Shown piece after piece: positions 45,514 through 55,310 of a stretch of 64,000 nt of DNA; position 1 is the stretch's first letter; every line of letters begins with the position of its first letter. A model generated the notes under the pieces. It did not search any database, had not been told where the DNA came from, and saw nothing but the letters and a program-made list of their open reading frames with translations. The position numbers and the translations under genes were made by a program. Location of the stretch: positions 160,001 through 224,000 of the forward strand of contig CAWKBC010000017.1 of NCBI GenBank assembly GCA_963847705.1. Reading direction: 5' to 3'. The DNA comes from an uncultured Pseudomonadota bacterium (lineage in GTDB: Bacteria > Myxococcota_A > Polyangia > Fen-1088).

Positions 45514-46455
45514 ATGAGTCTCTGTCTCGTCACGGGCGGGGCAGGGTTCATCGGGTCCTCGCTGGCCCGGGCGCTGATTGCGCGCGGCGATCGCGTGCGG
45601 GTGATCGACAACTTCTCGTCCGGCAAGCGCGAGAACCTCGCCGACCTCGCCGACCAGATCGAGCTCGTCGAGGGGGACATCCTGGACGACCAGGCGCTGG
45701 CGCGCGCCATCAACGGGGTCGAGCTGGTGTTTCACGAGGCGGCCATCCCCTCGGTGCCGAAGTCGATGGCCGAGCCGATCGAGAACCACGCCGCCAACGC
45801 CACCGGCACCTTGCGGGTGCTCGAGGCGGCGCGGCGGGCGGGGATTCGCCGGCTGGTCTACGCGGCCTCGTCAGCCGCCTACGGCGACGATCCGCAGCTC
45901 CCCAAGATCGAGACCATGCCGCCCGCGCCGATCTCGCCGTACGGTGGGTCGAAGCTGGCGGGCGAGCAGTACGCGCAGATCTACGCGCGCGCCTACGGCG
46001 TGGAGACGGTCTGTCTGCGCTACTTCAACGTGTTCGGGCCGCGGCAGGATCCGGCCTCCGAGTACGCGGCGGTGATCCCCAAGTTCATCACCTCGGCGCT
46101 GGCGGGGAAGCAGCCGCGCATCTTCGGCGACGGCTCGCAGTCGCGCGACTTCTGCTTCATCGACAACATCATCGAGGCCAACTTCAAGGCCGCCGCCGCC
46201 GAGGCGCGCGCGGTCTCGGGCGGTGTCTTCAACATCGCCTGCGGTCAGGCGACCGATCTCAACCGGGTGGTCGCGCTCATCGGCGACTTCCTGGGGCAAA
46301 AGGTGTCGGCGATCTACGAGGACGAGCGCGCGGGGGACATCAAGCACTCCTGGGCCGACATCGGCGCGGCCCGGGCGCGCCTCGGCTACACCGCGGGCGT
46401 CTCGTTCGCCGAGGGCCTCGGGCGCACCATCGACTGGTATAAGTCCAAGGGGTGA
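45514..46455 (+). CDS. NAD-dependent nucleotide-sugar epimerase/dehydratase (extended SDR, WbpP-like)
   Basis: TGGAGFIGS, YGGSK, LRYFNVFGPRQDP. Confidence 0.92.
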   Translation: MSLCLVTGGAGFIGSSLARALIARGDRVRVIDNFSSGKRENLADLADQIELVEGDILDDQALARAINGVELVFHEAAIPSVPKSMAEPIENHAANATGTLRVLEAARRAGIRRLVYAASSAAYGDDPQLPKIETMPPAPISPYGGSKLAGEQYAQIYARAYGVETVCLRYFNVFGPRQDPASEYAAVIPKFITSALAGKQPRIFGDGSQSRDFCFIDNIIEANFKAAAAEARAVSGGVFNIACGQATDLNRVVALIGDFLGQKVSAIYEDERAGDIKHSWADIGAARARLGYTAGVSFAEGLGRTIDWYKSKG

Positions 46456-47309
46456 GCCTCCTCAGCATGACCGGTTTCGGGCGCGGGTCGGTGGACGCCG
46501 GCGAGCGCCGGCTGCGGGTGGAGATCCGCTCCGTCAATCACCGCGGCCTCGACCTCAAGATCCGCAGCGGCGAGTCGGACGCCTTCTGCGACAGCGAGAT
46601 CGCGCGCGCGGTGCGGGCAGCGGTGGAGCGGGGCGCGGTGACGGTGCTGATCCGCGACGAGTCGGCGGCCGCCTCGGCGGGGATCGACGCGGCGCGGGTG
46701 CGGGCGCTCCACGGGGTGCTCGAACAGCTGCGGCAGGAGCTGCGGATCGCCGAGCCGGTCTCGCTGGGGACGGTCGGCGCGTTTCTGGGCGGCAGCCACG
46801 GCTCCGCGCTCTCGGGCGAGACGCTGTGGGAGTTGCTGCGTCCGGCGGTGGCGGCGGCGCTCAAGGAGCTCACGGCGATGCGGGCCCGCGAGGGGGCGGC
46901 GCTAGCGGTCGATCTGGAGACGCGCCGGGTGCATCTCCAGGAGATGGCGGCCAGCCTGGGGTCCCGGGCCGCGACGCTGCCGGAGAAGTTCGCCCAGCGC
47001 CTCCAGGAGCGTCTCGCCGGGCAGACCGCCATCGAGCCGGGGCGCCTGGCGCAAGAGGTGGCGCTGATGGCCGAGCGCCTGGACGTCACCGAGGAGCTGG
47101 TCCGCCTGGAGACCCATCTCGGGCATCTGGGGGAGATCCTGAAAGGGAAGGGCGCGGTCGGGCGAAAGCTCGACTTCGTGGTTCAAGAAATCGGTCGCGA
47201 GCTGAACACCGTCGCCTCCAAGGCCCAGGACGCCGAGATGGCGGCGGTGGTCATCGACGCCAAGGCGGAGCTGGAAAAGCTGCGCGAGCAGGCGCAAAAC
47301 GTCGAATGA
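46452..47309 (+). CDS. yicC: YicC/YloC family endoribonuclease
   Basis: SMTGFG, SVNHR, GRKLDF..QEIGRE.NT, EKLREQAQNVE. Confidence 0.93.
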   Translation: MSLLSMTGFGRGSVDAGERRLRVEIRSVNHRGLDLKIRSGESDAFCDSEIARAVRAAVERGAVTVLIRDESAAASAGIDAARVRALHGVLEQLRQELRIAEPVSLGTVGAFLGGSHGSALSGETLWELLRPAVAAALKELTAMRAREGAALAVDLETRRVHLQEMAASLGSRAATLPEKFAQRLQERLAGQTAIEPGRLAQEVALMAERLDVTEELVRLETHLGHLGEILKGKGAVGRKLDFVVQEIGRELNTVASKAQDAEMAAVVIDAKAELEKLREQAQNVE

Positions 47310-47388
47310 GCCGGGCGAGATTCGGTCGGTGTTGGTAAGACGCGGCCGAAACTCGGCCGCTGTCGACGGTGATGATAGACTTTCCCCG

Positions 47389-48045
47389 ATGACAGACGAG
47401 GAGCTGGGCGCGCACAGGGGCATCCTGCTCGTGATTTCGTCCCCCTCGGGGGCGGGCAAGACGACGCTGGCGCACCTCCTGGCCGAGCAGGAGCGGCTGG
47501 AATTCTCCGTCTCCTACACCACGCGGGCACCGCGGACCGGCGAGCGGGACGGCGTCGACTACAAGTACGTCACGGAGGACGAGTTCACACGGATGGTCGA
47601 CCGGAACGAGTTCGCCGAGTGGGCGGTGGTCCACGGCGCGCGCTACGGGACGGCGGTCCACACCGTCAATCGGGCGCTCGAGGACGGCAAGGACTACCTC
47701 TTCGACGTCGACTGGCAGGGGGGGGCCCAGATCCGGCGCCAGTGGCCGGAAGAGAGCGTCCTCGTCTTCATCTTGCCGCCTTCGATGGCCGAGCTCGAGC
47801 GGCGGCTGCGGCGGCGGGCGACCGATTCGCCGGCGGCCATCGAGCGCCGCCTCCTGACCGCCACCCGGGAGCTGGAGCACTTCGCCGAGTACGACTTCCT
47901 GGTGGTGAACGACAACCTCGAAACCGCGCTCAAGGAGCTGTCATCTATATATGTGGCGGCCCGCTGCGCGCGGTCGCGGCGCGGACACTACGGACACGCG
48001 TTGCTCGGCGAGGCGCGGACGAGGGGGCAGCCTCCCAGCCAATGA
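47389..48045 (+). CDS. gmk: Guanylate kinase
   Basis: SSPSGAGKTT, SYTTRAPRTGERDGVDY, EWAVVHGARYGT. Confidence 0.96.
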   Translation: MTDEELGAHRGILLVISSPSGAGKTTLAHLLAEQERLEFSVSYTTRAPRTGERDGVDYKYVTEDEFTRMVDRNEFAEWAVVHGARYGTAVHTVNRALEDGKDYLFDVDWQGGAQIRRQWPEESVLVFILPPSMAELERRLRRRATDSPAAIERRLLTATRELEHFAEYDFLVVNDNLETALKELSSIYVAARCARSRRGHYGHALLGEARTRGQPPSQ

Positions 48046-50192
48046 ACGAGGTACAAGAGATCTGCACGCAGGTGCGCGGCTACGACGCCGCGGCAGACAC
48101 CGCCCTCATCGAACGCAGCTTCGCCTTCGCCGCCGAGCGGCACGCCGGCCAGAAGCGCCGCTCGGGCGAGCCCTACGTCGTCCATCCAGTGGGGGTGGCG
48201 CGGATCATCTCCGAGCTGCGGCTCGACGTCCCCTCGATCTGCGCGGGCCTCTTGCACGACTGCGTGGAGGACACCAGCGCCACCGCGGAGGACATCGGCC
48301 GGCTCTTCGGCACCGAGATCCAGTTCCTCGTCGAGGGGGTGACCAAGCTCGGTCAGATCCCCTGGACCACCCGGGAAGAGCGCCAGGCGGAGAACTTCCG
48401 CAAGATGCTGCTGGCGATGGCGCGCGACATCCGCGTCATCCTGATCAAGCTCGCCGATCGCGTCGACAACATGCGGACGCTGGCCCACATGCCGCGCGAC
48501 AAGCAGGAGCGGATCTCCCGCGAGACGCGGGAGATCTACGCGCCGCTGGCCAACCGGCTGGGGATCCAGTGGATGAAGGTCGAGCTCGAGGATCTGGCCT
48601 TCATGTACCTCGACCCGGCCGAGCACGATCAGCTGGTCTCGCGGCTGGCGGAGACCGCGGGCTCGCGCGAGTCCTACATCACCGAGGTCGTCGAGCGGCT
48701 GAAGACGGTGCTGGCCGAGGGGGAGATCAAGGCGCAGGTCTACGGTCGGGCCAAGCACCTCTGGTCGATCTACCAGAAGATGAAGAAGACCGGCCGCGAC
48801 GTGGAGCAGATCTACGACGTGCTGGCCTTCCGCGTGCTCACCGAGTCGGTGCGCGACTGCTACGCCGTGCTGGGCGTGGTCCATTCCAACTGGACGCCGG
48901 TGCCGGGGCGCTTCAAGGACTTCATCGCGCTCCCCAAGCCGAACCTCTATCAATCGCTGCACACCACGGTGATCGGGCCGCGGGCCGAGCGGATGGAGGT
49001 GCAGATCCGGACGCAGGAGATGCACCGGATCGCCGAGCAGGGGATCGCGGCGCACTGGAAGTACAAGGAGCAGAAGACCCCCGGCGCCGACGACGGCAAG
49101 GCCTTCGCCTGGCTGCGCCAGCTGATGGAGTGGCAGCGCGATCTCAAGGACCCCACCGAGTTCATCGAGACGGTGAAGATCGATCTCTTCCAGGACGAGG
49201 TCTTCGTCTTCACGCCCAAGGGGGACGTCAAGGCGCTCCCCAAGGGGTCCACCCCGATCGATCTCGCCTACGCCATCCACTCGCAGGTCGGCGAGCACTG
49301 CTCAGGCGCGCGGGTGAACGGCCTCATCGTCCCCTTGCGCTATGCGCTTCGCAACGGCGACACGGTGGAGATCCTCGCCTCGGCCAGCCAGAAGCCCTCC
49401 AAGGACTGGCTGAAGTTCGTCATCACCAGCCGGGCCCGCACCAAGATCCGCCACTTCATCCGGATGGAGCAGCGCGAGCGCAGCGCCCAGATGGGGCGCG
49501 ATCTCCTGGGGCGCGAGCTGCGCAAGCAGGACGCCTCGCTCGCCTCCGCCGAGCGCGATGGCCTCCTCGAGTCGGCGGCCCAACGGCTGCGGCTCGGCAC
49601 CGCCGACGAGCTGCTGGTCGCCATCGGCTACGGTCGGGTCAGCCCAGGACACGCCGCCGACGCCGTCCTGGTCGATCGTGTCGTCGACGGCTCAGCGCCG
49701 GCCGCACCGACGGCGGAGGTCCCGGCTGCCGCCCGTCGCCCCATCCTCAAGCGCTCGATCGGCGGCATCAAGGTCCAGGGTGAGGCCGACATCCTGGTGA
49801 AGTTCGCCAAGTGCTGCACGCCGGTCCCGGGTGACTCGATCGTCGGGTTCATCAGCCGCGGTCACGGCGTCGTCATCCACACCCGCGAGTGCGGCAAGGC
49901 GCTCGACCTCGATCCGCTGCGCCGGGTCGACGTCAGCTGGGACGACGAATCGAAGGCGGTCCGCCCGGTGGCGGTCCAGGTGACCTGTTCGGACCGCCCG
50001 GGCCTGCTGGCCGCCATCTCCAAGTCCTTCACCGAGCACGGGGTCAACATCTCCCAGGCCAGGTGCCGGACCTCCGAGGACGGCCGCGCCGTGAACACCT
50101 TCCAGGTCACGGTCGGGCACCTCGACCAGCTCAAGACCGTGCTGCGGAACCTGGAAACAATCCAAGGGGTGGTTTCGGCCACCCGGCTGTGA
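48042..50192 (+). CDS. rel: Bifunctional (p)ppGpp synthetase/hydrolase (long RSH)
   Basis: Intact HD motif (LLHDCVEDT), YQSLHTT, EVQIRT, TGS, AKCC and ACT domains. Confidence 0.96.
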   Translation: MNEVQEICTQVRGYDAAADTALIERSFAFAAERHAGQKRRSGEPYVVHPVGVARIISELRLDVPSICAGLLHDCVEDTSATAEDIGRLFGTEIQFLVEGVTKLGQIPWTTREERQAENFRKMLLAMARDIRVILIKLADRVDNMRTLAHMPRDKQERISRETREIYAPLANRLGIQWMKVELEDLAFMYLDPAEHDQLVSRLAETAGSRESYITEVVERLKTVLAEGEIKAQVYGRAKHLWSIYQKMKKTGRDVEQIYDVLAFRVLTESVRDCYAVLGVVHSNWTPVPGRFKDFIALPKPNLYQSLHTTVIGPRAERMEVQIRTQEMHRIAEQGIAAHWKYKEQKTPGADDGKAFAWLRQLMEWQRDLKDPTEFIETVKIDLFQDEVFVFTPKGDVKALPKGSTPIDLAYAIHSQVGEHCSGARVNGLIVPLRYALRNGDTVEILASASQKPSKDWLKFVITSRARTKIRHFIRMEQRERSAQMGRDLLGRELRKQDASLASAERDGLLESAAQRLRLGTADELLVAIGYGRVSPGHAADAVLVDRVVDGSAPAAPTAEVPAAARRPILKRSIGGIKVQGEADILVKFAKCCTPVPGDSIVGFISRGHGVVIHTRECGKALDLDPLRRVDVSWDDESKAVRPVAVQVTCSDRPGLLAAISKSFTEHGVNISQARCRTSEDGRAVNTFQVTVGHLDQLKTVLRNLETIQGVVSATRL

Positions 50193-50207
50193 TAGAAGGC
50201 CGCGGCG

Positions 50208-50354
50208 ATGGCTTCGAACACACGAAAGACTTGGAAGCGCCGGGTGCGCAAGCACGCGACCATGGGTAAGAAGCGCAAGGCCGTGGAGTCGAAGCGCTCG
50301 ACCCCCTCGGCCGAGGCGCTGTTTGCCGAGCTCGGCACGCCCGGAAAAGACTAG
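50208..50354 (+). CDS. Small basic protein, 48 aa (absent from the ORF track)
   Basis: Manual translation MASNTRKTWKRRVRKHATMGKKRKAVESKRSTPSAEALFAELGTPGKD*, 15 nt after the rel stop. Confidence 0.65.
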   Translation: MASNTRKTWKRRVRKHATMGKKRKAVESKRSTPSAEALFAELGTPGKD

Positions 50355-50422
50355 GCGCTCGGCCTGCCCGCCCAGGGGCAGTGGAACCGGCGGCGGACGA
50401 CTGCACCCGATAGGTGCGGTTG

Positions 50423-50476
50423 TTGGCCGAGGTTTTGGTCAACTTAATTGGTCAGTTTATTGGCCAATTATTGATC
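50423..50476. repeat. Five TTGRYC direct repeats at 11-13 bp spacing in an AT-rich promoter region
   Basis: TTGGCC 50423, TTGGTC 50435, TTGGTC 50448, TTGGCC 50460, TTGATC 50471. Confidence 0.55.
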
Positions 50477-50570
50477 TTGGTGACGAAGTGTGCGTTAACT
50501 ATGGTTTGACGTCGCGCGACGAATCGGCGACTTCCCTTGCTCGTCCCCAGGTCGTGAGGCCAAGAGCCGG

Positions 50571-52604
50571 ATGAAAGTCTGCCCGAACTGCCAGACCAAG
50601 TATCCCGAAGACTCCAACTTTTGTCCGCAAGAGACGTGCGCGACGCCTGAGGGCCCACGCAGGTTGGAGATCATCTCGGAAGCGCCCAGGGTGGGCGCCC
50701 GCTACGAGATGGAGGGGCAGATCGGCGGCCGCCGCAGCGGCGAGGTCTTCCGTGCCCGCGACCAGCAATCCGGCGCCACCGTCGCCTACAAGCGGGTCAC
50801 GCGCGCGGTGCTGACCTCTCCTGCGGTGGTCGAACGCTCGCAGCGCGAGCTCAAACAGCTGCAGCGCGCCCAGAGCCCTCGGCTGGCCAAGATTCTCGAC
50901 TTCGGCAAGGAGCCCGACGGACAGCTGTTCGTCGTCAGCGAGCTCGCCGACGGACAGACGCTCGCACAGGTGGTGGCCGCCTCCGGCCCGTTCCCGCTCG
51001 AGCGGGCCAAGAAGATCGCCGCCCAGATCGGCGAGGCGCTGCTGGAGGGGCAAAAGGTCGGCGTCGTGCACCACGATCTCGCGCCCAAGAACGTGCTGGT
51101 CGGCGCAGGCGATCAGGTGAAGCTGATCAACTTCGTGGCGCCCGTTCCGGTCACCGAGACCGTGTTCGGCGTCCCCGAGTACCTCTCGCCCGAGCAGGCG
51201 GAAGGCAAGCTCGTCGATCAGCGCTCGAACACCTACAGCCTGGGCGGGATCCTGCTGTTCATGCTGACCGGCCAGCCGCCGGTCGAGGGGGCGAGCGCGG
51301 GCGCCGTCCTCGAACAGGTGATGAAGGGCTCGCCGGTCCCGCCCAGCCTTCGGGTGCAGGGGCTGAACGCGGAGATCGATCGCGTCATCGGCAAGGCGAT
51401 GGACAAGAGTCCAAACCGCCGCCCGCTGACCATCCGACAGTTCCTGACGGACGTGGCGGGCCTGATGGCGGTGGCGCCGCAGGCCGCCGACCCGTCGCGC
51501 GGCGTCGGGTTTGCCAAGACGATGATGTTCGCGGGCGGTTCGCCCGAGGCCCAGAAGCTGGTCAACCAGGCGCTGGCAGCGCGCGCCGAGGCCAACGGCA
51601 CCGGGGCGCCACCACCGGGCGCGGCGGGACCGAACGCCACGGCGCCCATCGCGATGGTCGCGTCCGAGGCGCGGGGGGCCAGCGACGCGCAGGCGACGCC
51701 GCCGCCCGTGGCCCGTCCCACGGGGGCGGGGGGCGCGACGGCCGACGGGCCGGGCCCGCGTCGGACCCACGGCGCAGCGATCGCCGCCACGATGGTTGCG
51801 CTGCCGGCAGCAGGGAGGATTCCCGGCGCCGTGACCGGACAGAACGAGCTCGACAGCGGGGCCCAGCCGACGCCGCCACCGGTGGCGCCCGCGCCGACCG
51901 CCGCCGCAGCAGCGGCCGGAGCAGGGGGGGCCGCCAAGACGACCGGCGCCGCCGCTTTCCGTGAGACGCTCTGGTTCAAGCAGGGGGACGTCGATCAGAT
52001 GGTCGCCGATGCGCGTGCCAAGCTCGACGCCTCGCGGGCCAAATCGGGGGCAGGAGCGCCGGCTCCCGCGCCGGAGCCCGAGGCTGTGGTCGCGGCCGTC
52101 GAGGCGAAGCCGCTCGAGGATCGTTACCGCGACGACGGCACCGTCTCGGTGGACGATCGCAAGAAATACTCGCTTCGCTCCGGTGCCACCAGCACCTCGC
52201 TTCCCACCGTCGGCGGCGCGGTCCCGGGCGAGCGGATGAGCGCCGAAGAAATGATGGGCGAGATCGGTGGCGGCAAACGGACCGTCATCATCATCGCCGC
52301 CGTCGCGGTGGTTCTGGCGGTGGTGGTCGGGATGTACCTGGCCTTCCGCGGCAAGCATGTCGCGCAGAGCGCCGCCGCGCTGACGCCGGTTGCCGTTCCG
52401 ACGCAGCCGACGCCGGCCCCGCCTCCACCGGCTCCCCCGGCGCCGGCTCCCGCCGCCGCACCGCCGCCGGCAGCAGCGGCGGCCCCGGCCGCTCCGGCCG
52501 AGGCCCCGGCCGCTGGGGCGGACGATGAGCAGGCGCCCAAGCCTCACGCTTCAGCGGCCAAGAAGCACGCGGCCAAAAAAGCCAAGGGCAAGAAGCACCA
52601 CTAG
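50571..52604 (+). CDS. Membrane Ser/Thr kinase-fold protein, probable pseudokinase, with N-terminal zinc ribbon
   Basis: CPNC...CPQETC; VAYK; HHDLAPKN; INF in place of DFG; YLSPEQ; C-terminal TM helix and Pro/Ala/Lys tail. Confidence 0.85.
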   Translation: MKVCPNCQTKYPEDSNFCPQETCATPEGPRRLEIISEAPRVGARYEMEGQIGGRRSGEVFRARDQQSGATVAYKRVTRAVLTSPAVVERSQRELKQLQRAQSPRLAKILDFGKEPDGQLFVVSELADGQTLAQVVAASGPFPLERAKKIAAQIGEALLEGQKVGVVHHDLAPKNVLVGAGDQVKLINFVAPVPVTETVFGVPEYLSPEQAEGKLVDQRSNTYSLGGILLFMLTGQPPVEGASAGAVLEQVMKGSPVPPSLRVQGLNAEIDRVIGKAMDKSPNRRPLTIRQFLTDVAGLMAVAPQAADPSRGVGFAKTMMFAGGSPEAQKLVNQALAARAEANGTGAPPPGAAGPNATAPIAMVASEARGASDAQATPPPVARPTGAGGATADGPGPRRTHGAAIAATMVALPAAGRIPGAVTGQNELDSGAQPTPPPVAPAPTAAAAAAGAGGAAKTTGAAAFRETLWFKQGDVDQMVADARAKLDASRAKSGAGAPAPAPEPEAVVAAVEAKPLEDRYRDDGTVSVDDRKKYSLRSGATSTSLPTVGGAVPGERMSAEEMMGEIGGGKRTVIIIAAVAVVLAVVVGMYLAFRGKHVAQSAAALTPVAVPTQPTPAPPPPAPPAPAPAAAPPPAAAAAPAAPAEAPAAGADDEQAPKPHASAAKKHAAKKAKGKKHH

Positions 52605-52728
52605 AGGCCTGACCAATTAAGGGGCTAAGTGATCGATTTTCTTACGGCGTCGATTTCGTAAGTGATCGATTCCTCGTGATAATTGATCACGCCTCTAGGA
52701 GCGCTCGCTCCGTCTTCGATCGCCTCGG

Positions 52729-53340
52729 TCAGAGCAGCCGGTCGACGGCCGCCGCGATGGCGGCGGCGACGTCGGCGACGCTTCGAGCCGCGTCGAGGAC
52801 CACGGCGCGGGGATCCCCGGCGCAGAGCTCTCGGTAGCGCGCGGCCACCCGGGACTGAACGGCGTCGGCGTCGTAGCGCTCGTCGGGACGTCCGGCGGCG
52901 CGGCGCCGTTCGGCCGCCACCTCCACCGGCAGGTCGAGGAGCAGCGTCAGATCGGGCGCCCGGATGTCGCGCGCCAGACCGGCCACCCAGTCGCGCTCCG
53001 CTTCCTGGGCTTGGTAGGCCAGCGAGGAGAGCAAATAGCGGTCGGAGATGACGTCGGCGCCTGCGGCGAGCGCCGGGGAGATCTCGCGCGCGAGGTGGTC
53101 GCGCCGATCGGCGGCGAACAGCAGCGCCATCGCCAGCCCATCGACCGGCGCGCCCGCCGGCGATTTGTGGCCGCCGAGCAGGATCTCCCGCAACAGGCGG
53201 CCGATGGGGCCGGTGCTCGGCTCGCGCGTGGCGTGCACCTGGCGCCCGCGCCCCTCCAGATGATGCTGGAGCAGGCCGAGCTGCGTCGTGGTGCCCGAGC
53301 CGTCGATCCCTTCGAGCACGATGAACAGGGGTGGGGTCAT
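52729..53340 (-). CDS. tmk: Thymidylate kinase
   Basis: FIVLEGIDGSGTTTQ, TREP, LFAADR, SDRY. Confidence 0.95.
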   Translation of the reverse strand: MTPPLFIVLEGIDGSGTTTQLGLLQHHLEGRGRQVHATREPSTGPIGRLLREILLGGHKSPAGAPVDGLAMALLFAADRRDHLAREISPALAAGADVISDRYLLSSLAYQAQEAERDWVAGLARDIRAPDLTLLLDLPVEVAAERRRAAGRPDERYDADAVQSRVAARYRELCAGDPRAVVLDAARSVADVAAAIAAAVDRLL

Positions 53341-53386
53341 GAGCGCTCTTGAGTAAAACGCCTCATCGATCTACACGGAGAGCAGG

Positions 53387-54856
53387 GTGGCGAAAAGACG
53401 AATCGCTCAACGGCTGGCGCTCGGCGTGTTGCTGACGATCTCGGCGGCGCAGCCGTCGTGCCGTCGATCGCGTGGGCCATCGGCGGCGCCCAACATGTCG
53501 ACGTCCGTCATCGACGCGCGTGACATTCGCTGCGTCGAGCGTCCGGAGGGGTGCATCTGGTGCGAGGGGCGCGGCCCCACGCCGCCGCTGGTGGAGCCCG
53601 ACGCCATCCCGCCCTCGCTCTGCGATCCCAAGGACCCGGGCGATTGCGTCGACTTCTGCTCGCGGCTGACCCCCGAGTGCGCGGTGCCGTGGCGGACGGT
53701 GCCGAGCTGCCTCTACCCGACCGAGCAGGAGTTTCGCCGCGAGCTCTTCCGCCGCGACACGGCCGATCGCCCAGAGGCCTTCGTGCAAGGACGAGTCACC
53801 GACGAGGCCGGCCGGCGGGTGGAGGGGGCGAAGCTCCGCGTCTGGTTTCAGGGGACGGCCATCCTCGACGAGGTCTCGGGCAAGGACGGCAACTTCCGCG
53901 TCCGCCTGCGCGCCGGACCCTGGACCTACTCGGTCCGCGTCAGCCACGCTGGCCTGGCCACGGAGATCGCCGACCTGCACATCGATCGGGCCGGGACCAC
54001 GCTGCGCAACTTTCGTCTGGCGCCCGAGTCCACGATTCACGGCCGCGTGGTCAGCACGGCGGGCGAGCCGATCGGGGGGGTGGCGATCAACGCCGTGCGC
54101 AGCCCGGACGATCTGGTCGACGCCGGCGAGACGCAGAGTCTCCCCGACGGGTCGTTCGTGATCAGCGGCCTCGACGTGAAGCGGTACTTCCTGCGCGCCT
54201 CGAAGTTCGGATGGCTCCCGCAGATGCTCAAGTGGGGGATCACGGCGCCCGCCACCCGGATAGGATTCAAGCTGGTTCGCACCGCCGTCATCGAGGGGCG
54301 CGTCCTCGACGCCGACGGCGAGGGGCAGGCCAACGCCACCGTGGTCGCGCTTCCGTCGGCTGGCCTGGGGAACGCCGGCTCGCCGATCATCTGGGCCGTC
54401 GACGGTGATGGAAAATTCGCGCAGGATCGGTTCGAGCCCGGAACCTACTACCTCTGGGCGCGGCGGGGCGAGATGCTGGTGTTCCCGCCGGACAAGATCG
54501 AGATCAGCGACAGCAACCTCGACGCGCGGATCGAGCTGCGGCTCTCCCACAAGGGCGCGCGCGTTCGCGGGCGGATCATCACGCGCGGCGGGGCGGCGCT
54601 GGATCCCGACACCCGGGCGGTCCTCTTCGGGCAGTCGCCGCTGGCGCTCCCGCGCAAGGCGGTGGGGGAGATCGACCACGACGGCGCCTTCGCGGTCGGC
54701 GCGCTCTTGCCGGGGCGCTACGAGATCTCGGTGCGGGTCGGCACGCGCGTCCTCTCGATCATCAGCGGTCCGCGCGAGGTGGAGATTCCGATCGAGCCAG
54801 GGGCGACCGTCGATCTCCCGGACACCATCGTGGTCCGCCCGCAGGCCGAGGAGTAG
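53387..54856 (+). CDS. Exported protein with Cys-rich N-terminus and carboxypeptidase-regulatory-like (transthyretin-like) repeats
   Basis: Repeated GRV.D..G.P..GA.V motifs; Cys cluster near the N-terminus. Confidence 0.75.
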   Translation: MAKRRIAQRLALGVLLTISAAQPSCRRSRGPSAAPNMSTSVIDARDIRCVERPEGCIWCEGRGPTPPLVEPDAIPPSLCDPKDPGDCVDFCSRLTPECAVPWRTVPSCLYPTEQEFRRELFRRDTADRPEAFVQGRVTDEAGRRVEGAKLRVWFQGTAILDEVSGKDGNFRVRLRAGPWTYSVRVSHAGLATEIADLHIDRAGTTLRNFRLAPESTIHGRVVSTAGEPIGGVAINAVRSPDDLVDAGETQSLPDGSFVISGLDVKRYFLRASKFGWLPQMLKWGITAPATRIGFKLVRTAVIEGRVLDADGEGQANATVVALPSAGLGNAGSPIIWAVDGDGKFAQDRFEPGTYYLWARRGEMLVFPPDKIEISDSNLDARIELRLSHKGARVRGRIITRGGAALDPDTRAVLFGQSPLALPRKAVGEIDHDGAFAVGALLPGRYEISVRVGTRVLSIISGPREVEIPIEPGATVDLPDTIVVRPQAEE

Positions 54857-54865
54857 GCGCCGCGC

Positions 54866-55276
54866 TCAGTGCAGGACGCGCATCCGATTGAGGCAATCGG
54901 CGAGCACGTGGTGGCTCTCGTTCTCGAACGAGGTGAAGCGGACCGCCATTCCAGCGACCGCCCGGCTGGTGCCGCCCTGGGTGTAGTTGATGAAGTAGTG
55001 GTTCTTGACCTCACCGGTCGCCACCACCTCGCCCGTCCCCTCGGGCGTGAGGAAGCAGACGCGGACCGAGGCGCCGAGCGGAAGCGGATCGGGCAGCTCG
55101 AGAAAGATGCCGCCGGCCGAGACGTTGCGCGCGATGCAGTAGGTCTCGCCGAACAGCAGCGACTCGACCCGCACCGTGAACATCTTGTCGAAGCGCAGGT
55201 GCGCGCGCTGATCGGTCAGCGACTCGTCGGACGGGGCAGTGGTGCGCTCTCCGGAGGTGGAATCGATGATCGACAT
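54866..55276 (-). CDS. Single-domain PilZ protein
   Basis: QRAHLR (RxxxR), NVSAGG (NxSxxG), GMAVRF. Confidence 0.88.
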   Translation of the reverse strand: MSIIDSTSGERTTAPSDESLTDQRAHLRFDKMFTVRVESLLFGETYCIARNVSAGGIFLELPDPLPLGASVRVCFLTPEGTGEVVATGEVKNHYFINYTQGGTSRAVAGMAVRFTSFENESHHVLADCLNRMRVLH

Positions 55277-55282
55277 GTCATG

Positions 55283-55310
55283 AGCTTACATTGTCGTCAA
55301 ATGAAGTCAA
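55283..55310 (-). promoter_or_regulatory. Leaderless-type sigma70 promoter of the PilZ gene
   Basis: TTGACT-N16-TAAGCT-N6-ATG on the minus strand. Confidence 0.55.
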
